Shown here piece after piece: positions 18,473 to 28,223 of a stretch of 64,000 nucleotides of DNA. The stretch is from positions 256,001 through 320,000 of the forward strand of contig JBGARZ010000007.1 of NCBI GenBank assembly GCA_044229975.1. Reading direction: 5' to 3'. Below the pieces are notes generated by a model that worked only from the letters and a program-made list of their open reading frames with translations, was not told where the DNA came from and searched no databases. This DNA is from Polyangiales bacterium. Lineage in GTDB: Bacteria; Myxococcota_A; Polyangia; Polyangiales; Ga0077539. How positions within the stretch are numbered: position 1 is the stretch's first letter; each line of letters opens with the position of its first letter. The translations under genes and the position numbers were made by a program.

Positions 18473-20280
18473 TGGAGCCTCCCTCGTTGCGTGGCGATCC
18501 ACTCGATGCACATGAGCGCGAGCACCATCGCGGCGACCAGCACCGCGAGCGAGGCCCGCCGCGGGAGCGTCACACCACGCGGCGAACGCATCCCCTCCGG
18601 GGCGATGGCGAGCGAGCCCGCGTCGTCGGCGGCGCTCACCGCCACGGCGCGATCGGCCGTGTGGTAGATGCCCGCGCGGGCCGTGTCGTAGAGGGCGCCG
18701 CGCACGTCGCGAGCGGCGCCCGACGGGGTCAGCACCACGGCGGGCGAACCCGAAGCGCGGACGGGCTCACCCGTCGGCTGCCACGAGTGAAACTCCCGCT
18801 CGCGGCGGTCGAGCCACACCAGCGCGTTGTGCAGGAAGAGCGGAAACGCCACGCGCTGCACGAGGTCGGTGCTCTCGGTGTCGAAGCCCATCGCGAGGAG
18901 GCGGGCACCGTCGCGTTCGCGGGCGACCATCAGCGCGTCGCGGCCGCTGCGGACCAGCACCCGGTCGTCGGCCGCGGGGAGCAGCGCGCGGGCGCGGGCG
19001 ATCTGCACCTGATCGAAGCGCAGCCCGGCGAGCACGCGGTGATCGGTCGCGAAGGCCGTCACGCGGGGTTGGTTGACCTCGGCGCCGAGGCGCACGGAGC
19101 GAACGTCCGTCGAGCCCACGAGGAGCTGCGCCGGGTGGTCGAGCGGTCGCGCCGGGGTGACGCGGTCGAGGAGGACGACGTGGTAGCGGGACAGGTCGCG
19201 CCGCGCGGCGAGCGCCGACGGGTCGATGGTCTCCAGCGCGACGGAGGGGTGGGCTTCGAGGGCGTCGGCGAGGTAGCGGTCGCCGCGCGTGACGAGCAGC
19301 ACCCGCGTGGCGACGGCCGGGGCGACGGCGGCGTAGGCGAAGTCGTCGCTCGCGAGCGCGTCGTGGCCGCCCTCGATGTCGATGTCTTCGAGGCGCGCGG
19401 TGAGCTCGGCCTGGGCGCTGGAGAAGCCGTGCGCGAGGTGGGTTCGCACCTCGCCGGGGCCGAGGTCGAGGTGCTCCTCGGAGACCACGACGTCGCGGTC
19501 GCGCAGCACGAGGTGGGCGCGCGCCCGGTGCGCCGAGTACGAGCGCACCTCGCAGCGAACGCGGTACTCGCCGAGGCTCAACGGATCACGCCGGGCGTCG
19601 AGCGCGGCCACGGCGACGGTCTCGGCGGGGGCGCCCACCGGGACGAGCGTCACGGGCACCGACGGGTCGCTCGCACGGTCGAAGTCGTCGCGGTCGGCCA
19701 CCACGAGGACGCGGCCGTTGGCGTGGGCGCCGCGGACGATGGCGCGCGCAACGGCAACAGCCGCGGAGAGGTCGGCGGTCGAGTCGTCGGGCTCGATGGC
19801 GGTGAGGGCGCGCTCGGCGTCGGCGGCGCGTCGCGTGAGGGGGACGAGCACCTCGGGGTGCGGCCCCGCGCGCACGACGGCGATCTGCCCCGAGACGGTG
19901 TCGGCCTGCGCGGTCTCGCGGGCGAGCACGAGCGCGTCGTCGAGGCGGCGGCGTCCGCGCTCGTCGCGGGTGGCCATGGTGCGATCGGCGTCGATCACGA
20001 TCACCGTCGTCCCCGAGACACCAGCGCCCGACCGGGGATCGCCCATCTCGATGACCATGAGCAGCGCGATGGCGAGCGACACCAGCATCGCCAGCCACGG
20101 CACGCGCGTCGCGAAGAGCGAGCGCGGGCGCGAGCGCTCCACCGCGCGCTTCCAGAACTCCACGTTGGAGACGACCTGCGGGCGTGGCGTTCGACGAAGG
20201 AGGTAGAGCGTGACGACCGCCGCCGCGGCCGCGAGCGCCGCCGCGATGAGAGCGCCGGTGGAGAGCGCCGCGAAGGTCAC
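18469..20280 (-). CDS. BatA-type N-terminal double-TM + vWA domain protein
   Basis: LYLLRR..PQVVSNVEFW (BatA-like), vWA with degenerate DADRTM, FPLFLHNAL, C-terminal MCIEW TM. GTG 20280 overlaps the DUF58 stop. Confidence 0.85.
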   Translation of the reverse strand: MTFAALSTGALIAAALAAAAAVVTLYLLRRTPRPQVVSNVEFWKRAVERSRPRSLFATRVPWLAMLVSLAIALLMVIEMGDPRSGAGVSGTTVIVIDADRTMATRDERGRRRLDDALVLARETAQADTVSGQIAVVRAGPHPEVLVPLTRRAADAERALTAIEPDDSTADLSAAVAVARAIVRGAHANGRVLVVADRDDFDRASDPSVPVTLVPVGAPAETVAVAALDARRDPLSLGEYRVRCEVRSYSAHRARAHLVLRDRDVVVSEEHLDLGPGEVRTHLAHGFSSAQAELTARLEDIDIEGGHDALASDDFAYAAVAPAVATRVLLVTRGDRYLADALEAHPSVALETIDPSALAARRDLSRYHVVLLDRVTPARPLDHPAQLLVGSTDVRSVRLGAEVNQPRVTAFATDHRVLAGLRFDQVQIARARALLPAADDRVLVRSGRDALMVARERDGARLLAMGFDTESTDLVQRVAFPLFLHNALVWLDRREREFHSWQPTGEPVRASGSPAVVLTPSGAARDVRGALYDTARAGIYHTADRAVAVSAADDAGSLAIAPEGMRSPRGVTLPRRASLAVLVAAMVLALMCIEWIATQRGRLQ

Positions 20281-21152
20281 CGCATCTCCAGCGAGGGGGC
20301 GAGCACCTGCCGCAGCACCTGATCGAAGGGAGCCTCCACCGCCGCGTCGACCATGCGACCTCCCACCGCGCGACACGCATCGCGGGTGCGCGTCACGTGG
20401 GCCTCGATCTCCTCCCGATAGGCTTCGAGCAGCGCGCTCGTGGCCGTGACGCGCAGCGCCTCGCCGGTCTCGCTGTCGGTGAGCTCCAGCTCGCCGTGGA
20501 AGGTGGGCGCGTGGTCCTCGTCGCAGCGAACGCGCACCACGCAGAGCTGGTGACCGCGCTGGGCGAGGAGGCGCAGGCTCGGGCTCCAGTCGGTGGCGTC
20601 CATGAGGTCGCTCACCACGACGACGTAGCCGGTGCCAGGGTGGCGCTGGAGGAAGCTCCGCGCGGTCTCGGCGAAGGTCGTGGTGCCGTGCGCTTGCAGG
20701 CTGGCGAGGAAGGTCTCCAGGCCCGGGAAGTCGTCGCGGCGTCGCAGCACCGGCGTCGCGCGCTCGACGGTGCTCGCGAAGGGAACCACCTGGACGCGGT
20801 CGACCTGGTTCATCCCGAGGTAGCCGAAGGAGGCCGCCACCTGCCGCGCCACGTCGAGCTTCGGCGGAGCGCCGCGCGCCATCGACCCGGACACGTCGAC
20901 GAGTACGTAGACGCGGGCGTCGTGCTCCTCCTCGAAGGTTCGTACGGTGAGCGAACGATTGCGCGCGAAGGTCTTCCAGTCGATCTTGCGCGCGTCGTCG
21001 CCCACCACGTACTCGCGGCGCTCGGCAAACTCCAATCCCCCCGCGCGCGCCTCGCTCCGATGGCCGCCCTGCTCGCGGGTGGTGGAGCGCGGGCGCACCT
21101 TGAGGTGGAGCCGTTCGAGGAGCCGGCGGGCCGCGTCGTCGAGGAGGGCCAT
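20277..21152 (-). CDS. DUF58 domain protein
   Basis: GLEFAERREYVVGDDARKIDWK, VDVSGSM, VVSD, LTDSETG. Confidence 0.92.
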   Translation of the reverse strand: MALLDDAARRLLERLHLKVRPRSTTREQGGHRSEARAGGLEFAERREYVVGDDARKIDWKTFARNRSLTVRTFEEEHDARVYVLVDVSGSMARGAPPKLDVARQVAASFGYLGMNQVDRVQVVPFASTVERATPVLRRRDDFPGLETFLASLQAHGTTTFAETARSFLQRHPGTGYVVVVSDLMDATDWSPSLRLLAQRGHQLCVVRVRCDEDHAPTFHGELELTDSETGEALRVTATSALLEAYREEIEAHVTRTRDACRAVGGRMVDAAVEAPFDQVLRQVLAPSLEMR

Positions 21153-21156
21153 CGGG

Positions 21157-22161
21157 TCAGCGCGCGACGGGGAGCGTCTTCACGATCTGCGTGACGATGT
21201 CGTCGGCCGTGACGCCGTCGGCGATCGCGTCGAAGTTGCGGACGACGCGGTGGCGCAGGCAGGGCAGGGCCGCGCGCTGGATGTCTTCCACGGCGACGTT
21301 GAGGCGACCGTCGAGGATGGCGAAGTACTTGGCCATCAGCTCCAGCGACTGCGCCGCGCGCGGGCTCGCCCCGTGGCGGACGTACTTCTTGATCTTCGGC
21401 GGCGCAGTGGGCGACTCCGGGTGCGTGGCGAACACCAGTGACACGGCGTACTGGAGCATCGGCTCGGCGACCGGCAGCGTCCGCAGCGTCTTGGATGCGG
21501 CGATGATCTGCGGCGCTGTCGCGACCTTGTTCACCGTCTGATCGAACTGCCGCGCGGTGCGGGCGACGATGGCCATCACCTCGGTCTGCGTGGGAAAGGG
21601 AATCATCAGCTTGAGCAGGAAGCGATCGAGCTGCGCGTCGGGCAGGGGGTAGGTGCCTTCGGACTCCAGGGGGTTCTGCGTGGCCACCACGAAGAAGGGC
21701 GCTTCGAGCGGATAGGTGCTGTTGCCCAGGGTGATCTGCCGCTCCTGCATGGCTTCGAGGAGGGCGCTCTGGGTCTTGGACGACGCGCGGTTGATCTCGT
21801 CGGCGAGCACCACGTTGGCGAAGAGCGGTCCCTGTTGCAGCGCGAGCGACGGACGCCCCGCGGCGTCGACGGACACCATGTGCGTGCCGAGGATGTCCGA
21901 GGGCATGAGGTCGGGCGTGAACTGCACGCGCGAGAACTTCAGCGCCACGACGTCGGCGAGGGTGCGCGCGAGCATGGTCTTGCCGAGGCCGGGCGCCCCT
22001 TCCATGAGGACGTGGCCGCCGATGATGAGGGCGCCGACGAGGCAGGTGATGGCGTCGTCCTGGCCCACCACGCGGGCGCCGACTTCGCGGTGCATCGCGG
22101 TCGCGAGCGAGCGAACGCGTTCGAACGGATTGAGGATCGTCACGGGCTCAGAGTTGCTCAT
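21157..22161 (-). CDS. moxR: MoxR-family AAA+ ATPase
   Basis: GHVLMEGAPGLGKT, RVQFTPDLMPSDI, LADEINRA, ATQNPLESEGTYPLPDAQLDRF, GASPRA, LRHR. ATG 22161. Confidence 0.95.
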   Translation of the reverse strand: MSNSEPVTILNPFERVRSLATAMHREVGARVVGQDDAITCLVGALIIGGHVLMEGAPGLGKTMLARTLADVVALKFSRVQFTPDLMPSDILGTHMVSVDAAGRPSLALQQGPLFANVVLADEINRASSKTQSALLEAMQERQITLGNSTYPLEAPFFVVATQNPLESEGTYPLPDAQLDRFLLKLMIPFPTQTEVMAIVARTARQFDQTVNKVATAPQIIAASKTLRTLPVAEPMLQYAVSLVFATHPESPTAPPKIKKYVRHGASPRAAQSLELMAKYFAILDGRLNVAVEDIQRAALPCLRHRVVRNFDAIADGVTADDIVTQIVKTLPVAR

Positions 22162-22169
22162 TTGCGGCC

Positions 22170-24791
22170 TTACGGGTGAGCGGAGGGCGAGCGCCCGCCG
22201 ATTCGTTGGAAGTAGCGCCGGACGTACGCGCGCAGCGACGGCGGAACCCTCTGCGTCGTCATGCTGGCCTCCGGGTCTTCGTCGAGCGCGCCCGCGAGCG
22301 CGCCGTCGCCAGGGGCGTTGGGCAGCAGCGATCCCGGTGCGACGGGTGCCTCGCTCGTCGGCCCCGTGCCTGCGCCCTGCTGCTGCGCGACGCCCGGCAT
22401 CATCACGCCGCGCGCCCCCGGCGCGAGCTGCGGCGGGTGCCCCAACGGACCACCCGGGTCGACGTCGTGGCCCAGCGGACCGCTCGCGCCCGGTGTTCCG
22501 ACGCTGAGCCGATCGCCCGCGCCCGCGCCCCACGCCCGGCCCCCTTGCGGCTGCCGATTGGGGTCGCCTTCGCCCGATCCGGCGCCGCCGCTGCCGCCCG
22601 ATTCACCGTGCGCCTGCCCCGGTCCCTGCGCCGTCGCCTGGCTGTTGCCGTCGGCCTCGGTGTCACCCGTTCCGCGGTTGAATCGGCTCACCGCCTGCTG
22701 CCCGGTGCCGCCCATCGCGGCCGTGCGGTTGCCCTGCGTGACGCCCATCCCCGAGCTGTTGCCCTGGTTGTTGCCGATGTCTCCGCCGAGCGCGCCGTTG
22801 CGTCCCTGCGCGTCGCCCGTCCCCTGTCCCGGCGGCATGTTGCCCGGCGCCGACATCGACGAACCCATCCCCGGGTTGGTCGCCTGCATGCCCGCCGCGC
22901 GCCACGCGCCCTGCTGTCCCTGCCGCCCGCTCGGTGCGGGCTGTCCACCTGGTCGCGGCTGCCCCGGCATGCCCGACTCGTTGCGCCGCCCGAACTGCCC
23001 CGACTGCCCCGGCTGCCCCGGCTGTCCGGGTCGCCCCTGCTGCCCGGGCTGTCCCTGCTGCGCCGTCGCGCTCGGCTGCCCCGGCTGCTGCCCTTGCTGT
23101 CCCGGTTGTCCGGGCTGTGACTGCTGTCCCTGCTGACGGCCCTGTTGCCCCGGCGAGGGGCTCCCTTGCTGGGCGTTGTCGGGGCTCTCGCCGTTGCGTC
23201 CGGGGCTGCGCTCCTGACCGTTGCGAAGGGCCTCCTGCTCGCGGTTGAGGCTCGACTCGGTGCTGCTCCGCGACGTGCCATTGCGGTCGCCGTTGGCGCG
23301 GTCGGCCGACTGTTGCTGCTGGGCGTTTTGCGCGACCTGATCGTGCAGCGCGTCCATCGCGGCGCGCGCCCGACGCACGTCCTCGGGCTCGGCGTGGGCC
23401 TCACGCGACAGAGAGGCGCGAGCCCGCTCCAGGGCTTCGTTCATGCGCTGGCCGTCGTTGGCCGCGCGAGCCCTCGCGGCGTCTTGCAGGGCGCTCGCCG
23501 TCTCGGGCATCTGCTGCCCCAGCTCGCGGCTCGCCTGGTCCATCGCTTCGCCCACCTGCGCGTTCGGCACGCTCCGTCGCTCGTTCGCCTCCACCGACTG
23601 CAACGCCCGGTCGAGGTGCCCCACCGCGTCGTCGAGCGTGGGCGTCGCCGTCCGCTCGGTCGTCGCCGCCGCCGCTGCTGCGCGTCGAGGGTCCATCGCC
23701 TGCTGCGCCGCCTGTTCACGCTGCGCCGCCGCGTCGTGCGCCGCCTGCGCCTGCGCGATCTGCGACGTGAGCCCGGCGAGTCGTTGCTGCGCCGCGGCCT
23801 GCGCCGTCGCGTCGCCCGCGCGCTGCGCCGCTTCGAGTCGGGTCACCGCGTCGCGGAGCTGCGACTCGCTCGCCTGCTGGGCCGCGTCGGCCTGCGCGCG
23901 CGCCTGACGCGCTTCGGCGAGCGCCTGCCGTGCGGCGGCGACCTCGGGCGTGACGACGGCGGCCGGGTCGGTGGCGTTGGTGTTGGCAGTGGTGGGCGTC
24001 GGTTCGGCCACGCGGGCGCGCTCGATGGCGTTGGCGGCGCGCTCGATGGCCTGCGCGCGCTGCACGGCGGCGCGAGCGGCCTGTGCCGTGAGGGCGCGGT
24101 CGAGGGCGTTGATCTCGGCGTCGATGCGGCGGTTGGGCGAGTCGCGCAGCGCCTCGCGGAGGGCGGCCGCGCGGGCGGCGATGGCCTCGGGGGTCTCGGC
24201 GCCGTGGGGCGGTCGGGCGAAGGCCCGCTGGTGTCCGACGAAGCGGGCGAGGGCGTTGCCGACCTGCGGGACGGCGAGGCTCGCGAGCGCGATGAGCAGC
24301 GCGCCGACGACGTAGCGGGGGAAGCGCATGCCGGGACGCGGAGGAGTGGGCGTGGGGCCCGAGCGGTCGAGAAACTCCGACGCCTCCATGATCTGGAGCG
24401 CGTGGATGGGCGAGCGATCGTGGGTGGTGGAGAAGTGCAGGGCGGAGACGAAGCGGTCCTTGGCGTGGAGGAGCTGGTCGAGGCTGGAGGCCGCGCCAAA
24501 CGCGTTGACCCAGCGGGCTTTGGCCTCGCGGGCGCCGACGGCCACGGTGGCGACGGCGGCGGCGCCGAGGGCGAGGCGAGGGGAGAGGTGCGCGGTGCGC
24601 GCGACGGCGGCGACGGCGACCCCAACGGCGGTGCCCGACGCGACGCCGGAGAGGGCGGCGTCGAGGGCGATCCAAGTGTTGAGGCGGGCGCCGACCTGGT
24701 CGAGCGCGCGGGAGATGCTGGCGGGAAACGCTGGATCAGCCGGGGGGAGGGCGGTGGTCACGTCGGGAGGTGGGACGGGTGCGTCGGGCAT
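22170..24791 (-). CDS. Membrane-anchored coiled-coil protein with Gln/Gly/Pro-rich disordered tail (MoxR-operon accessory protein)
   Basis: About 3 TM, LD..L..KDRFVSAL motif, Ala/Gln coiled coil, QPG repeats, C-terminal VPPSLRAYVRRYF. Confidence 0.8.
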   Translation of the reverse strand: MPDAPVPPPDVTTALPPADPAFPASISRALDQVGARLNTWIALDAALSGVASGTAVGVAVAAVARTAHLSPRLALGAAAVATVAVGAREAKARWVNAFGAASSLDQLLHAKDRFVSALHFSTTHDRSPIHALQIMEASEFLDRSGPTPTPPRPGMRFPRYVVGALLIALASLAVPQVGNALARFVGHQRAFARPPHGAETPEAIAARAAALREALRDSPNRRIDAEINALDRALTAQAARAAVQRAQAIERAANAIERARVAEPTPTTANTNATDPAAVVTPEVAAARQALAEARQARAQADAAQQASESQLRDAVTRLEAAQRAGDATAQAAAQQRLAGLTSQIAQAQAAHDAAAQREQAAQQAMDPRRAAAAAATTERTATPTLDDAVGHLDRALQSVEANERRSVPNAQVGEAMDQASRELGQQMPETASALQDAARARAANDGQRMNEALERARASLSREAHAEPEDVRRARAAMDALHDQVAQNAQQQQSADRANGDRNGTSRSSTESSLNREQEALRNGQERSPGRNGESPDNAQQGSPSPGQQGRQQGQQSQPGQPGQQGQQPGQPSATAQQGQPGQQGRPGQPGQPGQSGQFGRRNESGMPGQPRPGGQPAPSGRQGQQGAWRAAGMQATNPGMGSSMSAPGNMPPGQGTGDAQGRNGALGGDIGNNQGNSSGMGVTQGNRTAAMGGTGQQAVSRFNRGTGDTEADGNSQATAQGPGQAHGESGGSGGAGSGEGDPNRQPQGGRAWGAGAGDRLSVGTPGASGPLGHDVDPGGPLGHPPQLAPGARGVMMPGVAQQQGAGTGPTSEAPVAPGSLLPNAPGDGALAGALDEDPEASMTTQRVPPSLRAYVRRYFQRIGGRSPSAHP

Positions 24792-24985
24792 TCGATCTAC
24801 CGGTCTCGGAGGGCGGGGAGGTGCATGCGCTGGGTGACTCCGTGGGACTGATACGCGTTCAACGGCGCGAAGCTTGGAGGCGTGACGGGGAGGAAGGTTC
24901 CCACATCGGGGACAACGGCGTCGGGGCCCACGGGCTTACGGTCGCCTGGTGGCGGTTTCGGGGGTGCGGTCCCCAGACTGGGAAC

Positions 24986-25567
24986 ATGGACACCACGCTG
25001 GCAACGCATGAGTCGTTGGATGACGAGGCGGCAGCGGACAAGACGCGCACCATGCGCCGCGGAACGCTGCTCACCGCGCTGACGATCGGGGTGGCACTGG
25101 CCGCGGTGCTGCTCGTCGGGGCGGTGACGATGCAGCTCGCCGCGGAGGCCATCGCCGCGCGCACCGCGCCGAACTTCGCGGGCCTGGTCGCGGGCGCCGT
25201 CGCGCTGGTGGTGGTCGTGGCGCTGCCTCTCTGGTGGGAGCGCCATCGCCGCCGCGCGTGGCGGAAGATCGACCCGCTGCTGCGACGCCCGCGCACCTCC
25301 TGGGTGCTGCCATGGAGCGTGCTGTTGGTGGCGGCCATTCCGCTGCTGGCGCCGGACCTCGCGCGGGCGTCGCTCACGACGCACGGCGCGTGGATGATGC
25401 CGAGCGGCTCGACCGTGATCGAGCGCGTGACCACGCGGGCGACGTCGGCGGTGGCGCGGGTGATTCCGTTGCAGACGGCGCTCACGGTGACGCACCGCAC
25501 GGTCTGGCCGTGGGTCGATCGCAACTCGCCGGAGTGCCGGTTGCCCGCGGCGGCGACGGCGCGGTGA
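24986..25567 (+). CDS. Membrane protein, unknown function
   Basis: ATG 24986; three hydrophobic helices; high GC3. Confidence 0.6.
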   Translation: MDTTLATHESLDDEAAADKTRTMRRGTLLTALTIGVALAAVLLVGAVTMQLAAEAIAARTAPNFAGLVAGAVALVVVVALPLWWERHRRRAWRKIDPLLRRPRTSWVLPWSVLLVAAIPLLAPDLARASLTTHGAWMMPSGSTVIERVTTRATSAVARVIPLQTALTVTHRTVWPWVDRNSPECRLPAAATAR

Positions 25568-25580
25568 TCGTCCCCACGGT

Positions 25581-26687
25581 TCATTCGTCGGACCGGTTGC
25601 GGCCGCGGCGCTCGCAATCCCCTTCGAGGTCGATGGTGTAGTGACTCGTTCGCAGGCGGCCGAGAAACGGCGCCCATCGCATGTGGTCCTCGCCGTCGTA
25701 GCCGTGGTTGCCGCAGTGCCAGGTGATGATGTCGCCCGACTCGCGCTCGCGAATCGCCTCCCAGTCGATGTTGAGCCCCGCCATGTGCGCTCCCGCTGGT
25801 GACGCCCACTCCAGGAGGTGGAGGTGCGGGTGCTTGCGGTCGAGGCCGACCACGCCGCGAGAGCTGTTGCCGCAGATGAAGAATCCCATCGGGAGCACGA
25901 ACTCCGTCGCGCGCCCGTCGTGGTCGTAGTCGCCGATGGAGAGCACCGTCGGTAGCGGGAGGCGCTCGGACTCCGCCAACGTCAGTCGGGGTTCCGGGTA
26001 CGGATGTACCCGTCGATAGACCGCCACCGTGGTCGCGAGCGGCGCCTCGCTGATGGCGTCGCTGGCCGGGACGTTCGCCGAAGGGTTGACGAGGCGATCG
26101 ATCACCACGCCGTCGCGCAGGCGCTCGATCACCGCACGCCGGTTCTCGAATTTCCGATCGTTCCAGTCCAGGCAGTCGGGCTCCTCGGGCAGCGGCTCGG
26201 GCAGGCGCGGCGGCGTCGTGAAGCGCACGCGCCAGACCTCCTCCACACCATCGACCATGACCCGGTGCTCCTCGGCGACGTCGGGCGCACTCACGCGGTT
26301 GCGCTGACAGCGCGCGACCTCGTAGGCGTCGAGGTAGACGTAGCCTTCGGCGCCGGTCGATCGCACCCGCACGCCGCAGAGAACCCCGAGGCGCGAGAGG
26401 TTGCCGCGCGGCACCGACGTCACCGAGAGGAGATCGAGGGCTGTTCCCGCGGGTATCGACTGCGCGCCGTTGTCGCCGATGCCCGGACGCAACCGGAGCG
26501 GGACGCGCGCGTGGAAGTCACAGGGATCGTCGGGCGCGTCGACGGGCGTCGCGTCGGCGGGGCGATCGTCGGTGGATGCGTCGATGGCGTCGATGACGGT
26601 GGCGTCGACGATCGGAGGCGGCGCGAGCTCGGTGGTAGGGGCGCAGGCCGCGAGCAGGACCGCCGCGGACAGTGGGGCGAGGCGCAT
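25581..26687 (-). CDS. Putative lipoprotein with Asp/Pro-rich linker
   Basis: MRLAPLSAAVLLAAC lipobox; DA/DP-rich linker; IGDYDHDGRATEF Ca-binding-like motif. Confidence 0.75.
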   Translation of the reverse strand: MRLAPLSAAVLLAACAPTTELAPPPIVDATVIDAIDASTDDRPADATPVDAPDDPCDFHARVPLRLRPGIGDNGAQSIPAGTALDLLSVTSVPRGNLSRLGVLCGVRVRSTGAEGYVYLDAYEVARCQRNRVSAPDVAEEHRVMVDGVEEVWRVRFTTPPRLPEPLPEEPDCLDWNDRKFENRRAVIERLRDGVVIDRLVNPSANVPASDAISEAPLATTVAVYRRVHPYPEPRLTLAESERLPLPTVLSIGDYDHDGRATEFVLPMGFFICGNSSRGVVGLDRKHPHLHLLEWASPAGAHMAGLNIDWEAIRERESGDIITWHCGNHGYDGEDHMRWAPFLGRLRTSHYTIDLEGDCERRGRNRSDE

Positions 26688-26819
26688 GGTGGCGAGCGAT
26701 TCAAGAGACGTTCCTCCGCGGGTACGTCTGGCGTCGCAGTCGTTGGCGGGGGACGAGCGTGGGTGAGCGACCACTGCGGTGCGGGTCGATCGAGCGCCGA
26801 CGCGGTAGGGTTCGCGGCC

Positions 26820-27599
26820 ATGGCGAGCGTCCGCAAACCCGCCTCCCCGCGCCTGCCTCCCTTCAGCCCGACGCGCATCAACCTCTATCGGTTCTGTCCG
26901 GCGGCGTACGCGTTTCAGTACGATCGCGGGCTGCGCTGGGGCGGCGTGTCGGCGGCGCAGTCTTTCGGGGGCAGCGTGCATCGCACGTTGCAGGCGTTTC
27001 ACGACGGGGGCGGCGCGGCGGAGGTCTCGCTCGACGACCTCAAGGCGCAGCTCAACGCGAGCTGGTCGGCCGCGGGGTACGGGTCACCCGAGGAGGCGGC
27101 GACGTTTCAAGCGGCGGGCGAGGCGATGCTGGAGCGCTACCACCGCGCGGCGCAGGAGCCCGGCCGCGAGACCATCGGAACCGAGCTGACCGTCCAGCGT
27201 CGCTACGCGAGCTTCGTGCTCTTCGGGAAGGTCGACCGGCTCGATCGCCGACCCGATGGGTCGCTGGAGGTCATCGACTACAAGTCCGGCTGGCGCACCT
27301 ACGACGAGGGCGACGTGCGGGCGAGCCTCGCCATGACCGTCTACCAGGTGATCGTGGCGCGCGAGCACCCGGGCGTGGCGGTGTACACGGGCATCCTCAA
27401 CCTGCGGACGGGCGACGGGGCCTTCGTGCTGCGATCGGACGACGAACTCGACGCGGCCGAGCAGGAGATCACCGAGCAGGTAGAGGTGATCCTGGCGGAT
27501 GCGGTGAAGGCGGCGACGCCGGGCGAGCAGTGCCGCGGGTGTCCGTACCCGAGCGTGTGCCGCGCGGGACGGGCGTGGCTGCTGGCGCATCCGGGGTGA
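26820..27599 (+). CDS. RecB-family/Cas4-like PD-(D/E)XK nuclease with four-Cys Fe-S staple
   Basis: FSPTRINLY..CP, FGGSVH..L, E, GKVDRLD, VIDYKSG, C-terminal CRGCPYPSVC. Confidence 0.85.
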   Translation: MASVRKPASPRLPPFSPTRINLYRFCPAAYAFQYDRGLRWGGVSAAQSFGGSVHRTLQAFHDGGGAAEVSLDDLKAQLNASWSAAGYGSPEEAATFQAAGEAMLERYHRAAQEPGRETIGTELTVQRRYASFVLFGKVDRLDRRPDGSLEVIDYKSGWRTYDEGDVRASLAMTVYQVIVAREHPGVAVYTGILNLRTGDGAFVLRSDDELDAAEQEITEQVEVILADAVKAATPGEQCRGCPYPSVCRAGRAWLLAHPG

Positions 27600-27665
27600 G
27601 CGCAGTCGGCCCGGGCGAACCGGAAGGTAGACGTGGCAGCCGTCATCAACCCGACCGGCCCGGTT

Positions 27666-28223
27666 TCAGGAAGCCGGCGAGTTGCGCGCGGTTGCGCGTA
27701 CGACTGCACGGGCGAATGGGTGGTTCGTGGGGCCTATCGGGCGATTTGGGGACCCACGGAGCGCCACTACTTCCGTGGGTTCCGCTGCGCCGACGCCCCG
27801 CAGTAACGCTCTCATCAACGGGACCCGAGGGGATCGAACCCACTGCGCGGAGAGGTCCGGCGGGGTGAGTCTGACGTTGATCGTTGCCGCGGTCGGTTCC
27901 CCGCGTTCGCCAGGGTCGACGGGCGGGAGGGCGCGCACGCCGCGGCGGAGGCACACATTGAAGCGCCGATCTGGGGTGTTCTCGACGTCCACGCGCGTGA
28001 AGCGTCCGCGCGCGTTGACCCACAGCGTGATCCGCACGCGCACCGGTTCCCGGGGACCGAGCGCGAGTAGTTCCGTCCAGTACCGCGCCAACACCCGACC
28101 GTTGGCGAACACCTGGACGACACTGTTGGCCCGTCGCGCACCCGTCAACCGTGGGTTGGTCTGCGCGTTCGCGGCACTCGCGGCGCACAGGACCGATAGG
28201 ACGACGAAGGACGCGAGACGCAT
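27666..28223 (-). CDS. Exported protein with TonB-C/AgmX-like C-terminal domain
   Basis: Signal peptide MRLASFVVLSVLCAASAANA; VRITLWVNARGRF.RV.V...FNVCL pattern. Confidence 0.55.
   Translation of the reverse strand: MRLASFVVLSVLCAASAANAQTNPRLTGARRANSVVQVFANGRVLARYWTELLALGPREPVRVRITLWVNARGRFTRVDVENTPDRRFNVCLRRGVRALPPVDPGERGEPTAATINVRLTPPDLSAQWVRSPRVPLMRALLRGVGAAEPTEVVALRGSPNRPIGPTNHPFARAVVRATARNSPAS

Noticed and set aside
26820..27599. cas4 of a CRISPR-Cas locus
   Set aside because: No cas1/cas2 or array anywhere in the window.
27660..27677. Small hairpin CCGGTTTC-AG-GAAGCCGG between convergent genes
   Set aside because: Loop too short, no U-tract, overlaps a stop codon; could be chance.
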